Assembly: GCA_046758745.1 (NCBI GenBank)
Contig: JBHIAV010000024.1
Coordinates: forward strand, 1 to 43,608
Direction: 5' to 3'
Source: Gemmatimonadota bacterium
Lineage (GTDB): Bacteria; Gemmatimonadota; Gemmatimonadetes; Palauibacterales; Palauibacteraceae
DNA: 43,608 nucleotides
The translations under genes were made by a program, and so were the position numbers. The notes under the pieces were generated by a model. The model was not told the origin of the DNA. It ran no database searches and saw only the letters and a program-made list of their open reading frames with translations. This document shows positions 36,741 through 43,608 of the stretch, piece by piece; the stretch's first letter is position 1, and every line of letters begins with the position of its first letter.

Positions 36741-37748
36741 GTGGAGCGCGCGAGGCTCGGGAACGGCCCGGTAGCCGTGCGGTACCTGGCCGAATACGTT
36801 GGCGCGAGAGCCCTCGAGGGGGTGCTGTCGGCTCTCCCGGAAGAAGCGGCCCACGCGATCGGGTCGACGCTCGGAAGGCTGGCCTACGCCCCGCTGCGCT
36901 TTCGCCGCCACGTCGTCGAGGCACAGATCGCCGCGGCCTTTCCGGAGCGCTCTCCGGGCTGGGTGCGAGAGACCGCGCGAGCCTGCTATGTGCATTTCGG
37001 GCGGGAGACGAGCGCGATCGCCCGACTCGGGCGGTTCGACCCCGTCCGGCTTCGGTCATGCACGGCCGGCGGCTCCGAGGCGATGGCCACGTATCGAAGC
37101 TGCGTTCCGTCGGGTCGCGGAGCGATCATCGTGACCGGGCACATCGGGAACTGGGAGCTGGCGGGCGCTTTCCTGGCGAGCGCCGGGGTCCCATTGGCGG
37201 CGGTGGTGAAGCGACAGCGGAACCGGCGTTTCGATCGTCACCTCGCGGCGCTTCGCGCCGGGGCGGGCGTTCCCCAGCTGTACATGGAAGACGTCGCGCG
37301 CGGGGTACCGCGGGCGCTGTCCGAGGGCCGTTCGATCGCGCTGGTGGCGGACCAGGATGCCCGCTCACGGGGTGTGTTCGTTACCTTCCTCGGACGCGAC
37401 GCGTCGACCTTCCGGGGCCCTGCGCGGCTGGCACTGGCGCACCGGGTGCCGCTTCTCTTCGGGGCCCTGGTGCGGGAGGCCGACGGGTACCGGGCCGTCG
37501 TGGAGCCGGTGGAGATTCCGCCGGACGGCCCGGGGGCCGTGCGGGAGCTCACCGCCCGATGGGTGGGGTGTCTGGAGCGGCAGGTGCGCCGGCGTCCGGA
37601 GCAGTACTTCTGGTTCCACCGTCGCTGGAAGTCGGCCGCCGGGAGCGGCCGCTGTAGGAACACGCGAAGCACGAACGGTGACGGCTCGCCGGGATGCCCC
37701 GTGCAGCGCCGCGGGCGGCCGAGCTCGAGAGAGGACGGAATCGCTTGA
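36741..37748 (+). CDS. Lipid A late acyltransferase (LpxL/HtrB family)
   Basis: TGHIGNWE (HX4E), LVADQD, FVTFLG, PEQYFWFHRRWK; GTG 36741 chosen as start. Confidence 0.9.
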   Translation: MERARLGNGPVAVRYLAEYVGARALEGVLSALPEEAAHAIGSTLGRLAYAPLRFRRHVVEAQIAAAFPERSPGWVRETARACYVHFGRETSAIARLGRFDPVRLRSCTAGGSEAMATYRSCVPSGRGAIIVTGHIGNWELAGAFLASAGVPLAAVVKRQRNRRFDRHLAALRAGAGVPQLYMEDVARGVPRALSEGRSIALVADQDARSRGVFVTFLGRDASTFRGPARLALAHRVPLLFGALVREADGYRAVVEPVEIPPDGPGAVRELTARWVGCLERQVRRRPEQYFWFHRRWKSAAGSGRCRNTRSTNGDGSPGCPVQRRGRPSSREDGIA

Positions 37749-38509
37749 TCTACGTCGCGCTTCCCGTGCATGACGAGCAGCACACCGTCGGGGTGCTGAT
37801 GTGGAAGATCCGCGGAATCCTCACCGAGCTGGGCCGGGACTTCCGCATCCTCGCGGTGGATGACGCCTCGACGGACCGTACCGCCGAGGTGCTCGAGCCG
37901 TATCGGCGCGTCCTCCCGCTCACCGTGATCACGCACGAGGGGCGGAGGGGATACGCGGCCTCCCTCGAGCGCCTGATCCGGGAGGCCGTACGGCGATCGG
38001 AGTACCCCCGGCGTGATGCCATCCTCACCCTGCAGGCCGACTTCACGGACGCTCCGGAGGCGATCCCCGATATGGTGCGGCGCTTCCAGGGCGGGGCCGA
38101 TCTGGTGCTGGCACGGCCGGTGGGCCTCCGGCGCGCTCCCCGGGCCGTGCGGCTCGCCCGTGTCGGAGCGCGGCTCATCGCCCGGCGCCTCCCCCTTCCG
38201 GCCCGGGGCGCCGACCCCGTGTGCGGCTTCCGGCTCTACCGTCTCGTGGCGCTGAAGCGGGCGCTGGATGCGATACCGGCCGGCGAGCCCCTCCTCAGAC
38301 ATGACGGGTGGGCCGCGAACACCGAGCTGCTCCTCGCCGCCTGCCAGCACGCGCGAAAGATCGAGGTGGTGGAGTGCCCGGTGAGCTACGAGCGGCGCTA
38401 CCGGGGGAGTCGCTTCCGGCCCGTGGCTGAGCTTCGGTCGCTGGCCCGCGCCACCCGGGACGCCCGCGTCCGGCGCCTCGCTCGGGCCGCCCTCGAGCTG
38501 AGGGGATGA
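37745..38509 (+). CDS. GT2 polyprenol-phosphate glycosyltransferase-like protein
   Basis: IYVALPVHDE, VDDASTD, LQADFTD, DPVCGFRLY; TTG 37745 overlaps the upstream stop. Confidence 0.78.
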   Translation: MIYVALPVHDEQHTVGVLMWKIRGILTELGRDFRILAVDDASTDRTAEVLEPYRRVLPLTVITHEGRRGYAASLERLIREAVRRSEYPRRDAILTLQADFTDAPEAIPDMVRRFQGGADLVLARPVGLRRAPRAVRLARVGARLIARRLPLPARGADPVCGFRLYRLVALKRALDAIPAGEPLLRHDGWAANTELLLAACQHARKIEVVECPVSYERRYRGSRFRPVAELRSLARATRDARVRRLARAALELRG

Positions 38510-38516
38510 AGAGAGG

Positions 38517-39596
38517 ATGACCGGCCACCCGAGCCGGCTCGCGCGGGCCGTCGTCTCGGCGACGGTCGCCGGAGCGCTCCTCGCGCCGACGGCGCTCCCC
38601 CGACTCCGAAGTGCCCCGGCGCTCCTCGCGGGCGTGCCGCAGGAGCTGGCCGTGTCCCCGGGGCCGTCGTTGAACGAGGAGGATTCCTTGCCCGTCGCCG
38701 GAGGGCGCTCGCCGACCTGGCCGGAGGGTGCCGAGCCCGCTCCATGGCGCTTTCCCGTGGGGGAGCTGGCCACCTACTCGGTCACCTTCGGCCCCATTCG
38801 CGTCGGGGAGGGAAGGCTCGCGGTGGAGGCGATCGACACGCTGGCCGGGACCCCGGCGTACCGACTCGCCTTCGAGCTGAAGGGCGGACTCTTCTTCTAC
38901 AAGATCGACGACCGGCAGGTGAGCTGGGTGGCGCCCGAGCCGCTCCGCTCGCTCCGCTTCGACCAGCGGCTCCGGCAGGGAGGCTACCGGCGCGACCGGC
39001 GATACATCCTGGACCAGGAGGCCGGGACGTACACCCGATTCTACCTGGATGAGGATACCGGGGAGTACCGTCCCTCGTCCGATCACACGAACATGGAGAT
39101 GCCGGCGGGAGCGCTCGACGAGATCGCGTACCTGTATCTGGCGAGGTTGCTTCCCCTCGAGGTCGGGGAGAGGTACCGCTTCGAGCGCTACTTCGAGGAG
39201 AAGGGCAACCCGGTGGTGATCGAGGTGCTGCGGCGCGAGAAGATTCGCGTGCCAGCGGGCCGCTTCGAGACGATCGTGGTGCGGCCGATCATCAAGACGA
39301 GCGGGATGTTCGCGGAAGGAGGGCGGGCCGAGCTCTTCCTCACCGACGACGAGCGTCGGGTGATCGTTCAGCTCAAGGCACGCATGAAGGTGGGGAAGCT
39401 GAGGATGTACCTCACCGAATACGAGCCCGGAAGGGAAGCGGAGTTGATCGTCCCCGCCTCGGACGTCGAGGAGAGACTCCCGGACGCCGTGGAGGCGCCG
39501 AGCGGTGGGCGAGAGACGTGCGTGGGAGCCGCGGAGCCGTCGCCGGGCGTGGGCGGGGGGCCGGTCCGCGAGGACGCGGATACGCATATCCGGTGA
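38517..39596 (+). CDS. DUF3108-domain exported protein
   Basis: Signal-like N-terminus, FPVGELATYSV, ALDEI, REKIRVPAGRFET, LTDDERRVIVQL beta-rich pattern. Confidence 0.7.
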   Translation: MTGHPSRLARAVVSATVAGALLAPTALPRLRSAPALLAGVPQELAVSPGPSLNEEDSLPVAGGRSPTWPEGAEPAPWRFPVGELATYSVTFGPIRVGEGRLAVEAIDTLAGTPAYRLAFELKGGLFFYKIDDRQVSWVAPEPLRSLRFDQRLRQGGYRRDRRYILDQEAGTYTRFYLDEDTGEYRPSSDHTNMEMPAGALDEIAYLYLARLLPLEVGERYRFERYFEEKGNPVVIEVLRREKIRVPAGRFETIVVRPIIKTSGMFAEGGRAELFLTDDERRVIVQLKARMKVGKLRMYLTEYEPGREAELIVPASDVEERLPDAVEAPSGGRETCVGAAEPSPGVGGGPVREDADTHIR

Positions 39597-39840
39597 GCGG
39601 GAAGGCGGACGGACGCGACTTCGATCTCCGCGAGCTCACCCGGGTGCCGGTCGGCCGGCGCCGGGACAAGGTCACTACTTCGACATGATCCGCCACTACA
39701 GGCCGCGCGTGAACGTGCTCGAGCGACCCGCGCGCACGGGCGGGGGAAGGGGATTCCACATCACCGGGCACCATGAGATCATGATCCCGCTGCTCGCTTG
39801 GGCGATCGTCGAGGAGCTGACGACGGAGGCTGCACCGTAG
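39593..39840 (+). pseudogene. Remnant of a conserved hypothetical gene with a probable large internal deletion and frameshift
   Basis: GTG 39593 coupled to the upstream stop gives VSGKADGRDFDLRELTRVPVGRRRDKV; another frame after ~39677 gives FDMIRHYRPRVNVLERP...GFHITGHHEIMIPLLAWAI; these resemble the two ends of one ~300-aa family (recalled, unverified). Confidence 0.6.
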
Positions 39841-39870
39841 CTCCCTTGTCCCCTTTCATCGCCTGTTTCT

Positions 39871-39899
39871 TTGCGCCCCGTGGTGCGTTCGGGTATATT
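39871..39899 (+). promoter_or_regulatory. sigma70-type promoter
   Basis: TTGCGC-N17-TATATT in an intergenic region. Confidence 0.6.
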
Positions 39900-40062
39900 C
39901 GCGCCGACGATACACGCGCGATCGCGTGCGTCTTTCATGCGGGACGGTCCGCTCCGGAAGCGTTCGGGGGCGGGCCGCGGTCTTTGCACAACGCCTGATC
40001 GAACACTGGCCGGGATGGCCCTGCGGGGCCGAGGAGTGGAGCATTTGGATAGGAGGGAATCT

Positions 40063-40362
40063 TTGCCGCGAGGAAAGTACGAACCGACTGCGCTGGAGAA
40101 GGCGCGCGACGAGCTCTTCAGCCATATCATGCGATGCGGGGTGCTGGACGCCGAGACGGACCAGAGAACGGAGTGGATGTCGGATACGGTCCAGTACCTG
40201 GCGGAGCGCTATCCCGCGCTGACGCATGGCGAGCTGGATCAGCTGAAGCAAATCGGTCACCGGTACTGCCAGCCCGCGATCCCGCACGGTCCGACCGACG
40301 CCCGTGCCAAGCCAGCGGAGACGGGCGGCAGCCAGCAGACTGACGAGGTCAGCGTAGCCTGA
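40063..40362 (+). CDS. Small conserved hypothetical protein (~99 aa, helical)
   Basis: AGGAGG 6 nt before TTG 40063; LEKARDELFSHIMRCGV...EW..DT..YLAERY reads as a real protein. Confidence 0.72.
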   Translation: MPRGKYEPTALEKARDELFSHIMRCGVLDAETDQRTEWMSDTVQYLAERYPALTHGELDQLKQIGHRYCQPAIPHGPTDARAKPAETGGSQQTDEVSVA

Positions 40363-40516
40363 ATCGAATCTCGCCCCGGCCGGTCGCGACGTCCTCGCGC
40401 CGTCGCGCGCGGAGCGCGCGCGCCTCACCCGGCGATGAGCGACGGCCGGATCCCGATCCCCTCCCGGACGCCTCGCGGCTTGGAAGCGCTCTTGCCTCTC
40501 CGGAACTCTCACACTG

Positions 40517-41863
40517 ATGGATGGCTCCACCCTGGCCAAGCTGGCCCTCGTGGCGCTCCTCGTCGGGGCGAACGCCTTCTTCGTGGCTGCCGAGTTCGCT
40601 CTCGTGGCGGTCCGCCGGACGCGGATCCAAGAGCGAGTCGAACAGGGCGACCGTCTCGCCCGAGCGGTCGAGGTGGCACAGGCCGGTCTGGACCGCTCGA
40701 TCTCCGGTACTCAGCTCGGAATCACCCTCGCCTCCCTCGGCCTCGGGTGGATCGGGGAACCGGTCGTGGCAGGCACGATCGAGGATCTCTTCGTAGCCTT
40801 CCCACCGCCGTGGTCGACGATCATGACCCACGCCGCGGCAGTGGTCATCGCGTTCAGCTTCATCGCGTTCCTGCACATCGTGCTCGGCGAGCTCGCGCCG
40901 AAGTCGCTGGCCATCATGCGCCCGGAGGGGATGAGCCGCTTCCTGGCGGTCCCGCTCAATCTCTTCAACATCGTTGCCGCTCCCTTCCTGTGGATCCTGA
41001 ACGGAGCCGCCAGCCTGGTGCTGCGCGGCGTGGGCCTGAGCCGGGCGGGGTTGGACGAGCGGGCACATAGCCCGGAGGAGATCCAGATGCTCCTCCGCCA
41101 CAGCCGCCTCAGAGGCGTCGTGGAGCGCGACGAGGAGGCGATGATTCACGGCGTCTTCGAGCTCACCCGTACGGTGGCCCGCGAAGTCATGACGCCGCGC
41201 CCGGACATCGTGGCCGTACCGGAGAGCGCCGGGCTGGATGAGGTGCTGCGGGTAGCCGCCGAGTCCGGCTTTTCGCGCCTCCCGGTGCACCGGGGATCGA
41301 TCGACGACATCTCCGGCATCGTGCTCGTGAAGGATCTGCTCGGATGGTTGAGGCGGCCGGAGCCGGGCGGATTCGACCTCAGGAGTGTCGCGCGGGAGCC
41401 GTATTTCGTTCCCGACACCAAGCCGGTGGACGATCTTCTCGCCGAGCTGCGCCACCACAAGGTCCATCTGGCCGTGGTCGTCGATGAGTTCGGTGGTACG
41501 GACGGGATCGTCACGCTCGAGGACCTGCTGGAAGAGATCGTGGGAGACATCTACGACGAACACGATGTGCCGCAGGCGGACATCACTTTCCTCCCGGATG
41601 GACGCGTCTTGGTGGACGGGGGCGCGGACCTCGCCGACCTGCTGGCCGAGTTCGATCTGCCGGCGGTGGAGGAGGGCTACGACACCGTGGCCGGCTACGT
41701 GATCGGTCAGCTGGGCCGCATCCCGGAAGCGGGAGAACGAGTCCGGCTCGGCGATGCGGAGCTGGAGGTGCTGGAGACGGAAGAGCGGCGGGTCACGCGG
41801 CTGGAGCTCCGCGGGACACGCCCGCGCCTCGGAAAGGAGACACCCGTAACGGGTGATGGTTGA
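40517..41863 (+). CDS. Hemolysin-family CNNM/CBS/CorC protein (Mg2+/Co2+ efflux, TlyC-like)
   Basis: NAFFVAAEFALV, QLGITLASLGLGWIGEP, GELAPKS, VMTPR, SRLPV, VVDEFGGTDGIVTLEDLLEEIVG, CorC tail. Confidence 0.93.
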   Translation: MDGSTLAKLALVALLVGANAFFVAAEFALVAVRRTRIQERVEQGDRLARAVEVAQAGLDRSISGTQLGITLASLGLGWIGEPVVAGTIEDLFVAFPPPWSTIMTHAAAVVIAFSFIAFLHIVLGELAPKSLAIMRPEGMSRFLAVPLNLFNIVAAPFLWILNGAASLVLRGVGLSRAGLDERAHSPEEIQMLLRHSRLRGVVERDEEAMIHGVFELTRTVAREVMTPRPDIVAVPESAGLDEVLRVAAESGFSRLPVHRGSIDDISGIVLVKDLLGWLRRPEPGGFDLRSVAREPYFVPDTKPVDDLLAELRHHKVHLAVVVDEFGGTDGIVTLEDLLEEIVGDIYDEHDVPQADITFLPDGRVLVDGGADLADLLAEFDLPAVEEGYDTVAGYVIGQLGRIPEAGERVRLGDAELEVLETEERRVTRLELRGTRPRLGKETPVTGDG

Positions 41864-41894
41864 GGGCACGGGTCCATCGAGCGAGGAGAGCCGC

Positions 41895-43049
41895 ATGAGC
41901 AGACCGAGCCGTCGCGAGTTCCTCACCCGTGCCGGGCTGGTCGCGGGAGCCGGTACCCTCGCGCCGGGGCTCGCCGCGGGCGCAATCATGCGCCCGGCGC
42001 CGGCAGCCACGGGACCCTGGATCAGGGACGGGTCGTCCGTGCGTCCCGTCGTCATCGCAAGCGGCAACGGCCTCGCGGCGACGGCACGCGCGATGGAGCT
42101 GCTCATGGACGGTGCCGATACCCTCGAGGCCGTGGTGAGCGGTGTGAACCTGGTGGAGGGAGACCCCGAGGATCGCACGGTCGGGTACGGCGGCCTCCCG
42201 AACGCCGAGGGGGTGGTCCAGCTGGACAGCCAGGTGTGGCACGGTCCCACGCGCGGTGCGGGCGCGGTGGCCGCCCTCGAGGGCTACAGGCATCCCTCGC
42301 GCGTGGCCGTGGCGGTGATGCGGTACACGGACCACGTGCTGCTGGTGGGCGAGGGGGCCGCCCGCTTCGCGCGGCAGATGGGATTCCCGCGCACGGAGCT
42401 CTTGACCGAGGCCTCCCGTCGGACCTGGCTGGAATGGCGCGCCGACCTGAGCGAGGAGGACGACTACCTGACGCCGGCCCAGTCCGGCGAACCGATCGAG
42501 AGCTTCCGCGACCCGGGCGGACCGGGGGCTCTCGCTCCGAACGGGGAGGAGGCGGTGGGGATGCTCGAGTCTCACGATGGCGTGCGACCGTGGGGTACCA
42601 TCCACTGCACCGCCGTGGATGCGAACGGCGACCTATCGGCCGTCACGACGACGAGCGGCCTCTTCTTCAAGGTCCCCGGCAGGGTGGGCGACAGCCCCCT
42701 GCCGGGCTGCGGTTGCTGCGCCGACAACGACGTCGGGGCGGCCGGGGCGACGGGGCGGGGCGAAGCCGTCATCAAGACCGTGGGAGGACATCTGATCGTG
42801 GAGGAGATGCGCCGGGGGGCGCACCCGACGGATGCCTGTCTGACCACCCTGCGTCGGATCGTGACCTGGACGGTCGAAAGACGACTTCTGGACGCGGCGG
42901 GTCGTCCGAACTTCAACGTGAGCCTGTACGCCGTGAACAAGCGGGGCGAAGCCGGCGGTGCCGCCCTGTGGAGCGGGGCACGCTACGCGGTAAACGATGG
43001 CCGGGAGAATCGCCTGTCGGACAGCGCCTATCTTTTCGAGAGGAGGTAG
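41895..43049 (+). CDS. N(4)-(beta-N-acetylglucosaminyl)-L-asparaginase / type 2 asparaginase (Ntn hydrolase), Tat-exported
   Basis: SRREFL twin-arginine signal, TVGYGGLPN, GTI nucleophile, TTTSGL, GRVGDSP, ATGRGE; GAGGAG before ATG 41895. Confidence 0.88.
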   Translation: MSRPSRREFLTRAGLVAGAGTLAPGLAAGAIMRPAPAATGPWIRDGSSVRPVVIASGNGLAATARAMELLMDGADTLEAVVSGVNLVEGDPEDRTVGYGGLPNAEGVVQLDSQVWHGPTRGAGAVAALEGYRHPSRVAVAVMRYTDHVLLVGEGAARFARQMGFPRTELLTEASRRTWLEWRADLSEEDDYLTPAQSGEPIESFRDPGGPGALAPNGEEAVGMLESHDGVRPWGTIHCTAVDANGDLSAVTTTSGLFFKVPGRVGDSPLPGCGCCADNDVGAAGATGRGEAVIKTVGGHLIVEEMRRGAHPTDACLTTLRRIVTWTVERRLLDAAGRPNFNVSLYAVNKRGEAGGAALWSGARYAVNDGRENRLSDSAYLFERR

Positions 43050-43057
43050 TGCATCCG

Positions 43058-43608
43058 ATGAACACCGGTTTCTGGGGTTCCGACGAGTACGACAGGGCAG
43101 CCGAGCGTCTGTATGAGGCGGGGGACTACGATGGCGCCCTTTCCATTCTGGAGCAGGGCCTCGCCGTGTACCCGGAGTCCGCCGAGCTGCGGGTCTCCGT
43201 CGGTTACGCGGAGCTGGCGCGCGAGCAGTACGCATGGGCCAGGCGCTCCTTCGAGCGCGCCCTGGCCCTGGAGCCGGATCACGAGGACGCGCTCGTCGGC
43301 CTCGGAGAGGTTCTCCTGAAGTTCGGGGAGCGTGGGCGAGCCTTCCGCATCTTCGAGCGCCTGCTCGAGCTCGGCTTCCAGGATGACGTGGAGCTGCTAC
43401 TCTCGATCGGTCGGGCCCTCTCCCATGAGGGCTTGGATGCGCACGCGCGCCGCTTCTTCGAGCGGGCCGTGCGGGCCGATCGCCGGTCCGCCGACGCGGC
43501 GGCGGAGCTGGCGTACTCGCTGTACCGTCAGGGCGAGAAGCGAAGGGCCCGGGCGTGGCTGGAGCGGGCCCTGTGTCGCGAGCCGACCAACCATGAGGCG
43601 CGCGCCCT
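43058..43608 (+). CDS. Tetratricopeptide-repeat protein (3' end truncated by the window edge)
   Basis: AGGAGGT SD; open frame MNTGFWGSDEYDRAAERLYEAGDYDGAL...FERALALEPDHEDALVGLGE with repeated TPR pattern, running off the end. Confidence 0.82.
   Translation, partial: MNTGFWGSDEYDRAAERLYEAGDYDGALSILEQGLAVYPESAELRVSVGYAELAREQYAWARRSFERALALEPDHEDALVGLGEVLLKFGERGRAFRIFERLLELGFQDDVELLLSIGRALSHEGLDAHARRFFERAVRADRRSADAAAELAYSLYRQGEKRRARAWLERALCREPTNHEARA

Overview
High-GC bacterial window, probably Gemmatimonadota/FCB group (inferred from a PorX-type regulator, a large SLBB-repeat export protein and a remembered Gemmatimonadota-type small protein; unverified). It is almost entirely cell-envelope genes. 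(1) 0.1-20.5 kb: a Wzx/Wzy-type surface polysaccharide locus with gmd plus a degenerate gmd paralog, a priming glycosylphosphotransferase, GT4/GT2 transferases, two sulfotransferases, a GH-A lipoprotein, a Wzy-like polymerase, Wzx, rfbBACD, a Wzz-like co-polymerase and a DegT aminotransferase. An MNT-HEPN toxin-antitoxin pair sits between the two gmd copies. (2) 20.5-27.6 kb: lptF-lptG followed co-directionally by a PAPS-supply module (cysQ, cysC, sat, SLC13/TrkA-C permease) with no sulfate-reduction genes. (3) 27.6-39.8 kb: SLBB polysaccharide exporter, OpsX-like heptosyltransferase, PorX-like REC-PglZ regulator, MsbA-like ABC transporter, Kdo kinase, LpxL-like acyltransferase, GT2s, DUF3108 and a gene with a probable large internal deletion. 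(4) 39.9-43.6 kb: small conserved protein with a structured leader, CNNM/CBS hemolysin-family protein, Tat-exported glycosylasparaginase and a partial TPR protein. The best candidate novel system is a self-contained sulfated surface-polysaccharide (EPS, capsule or O-antigen) pathway.
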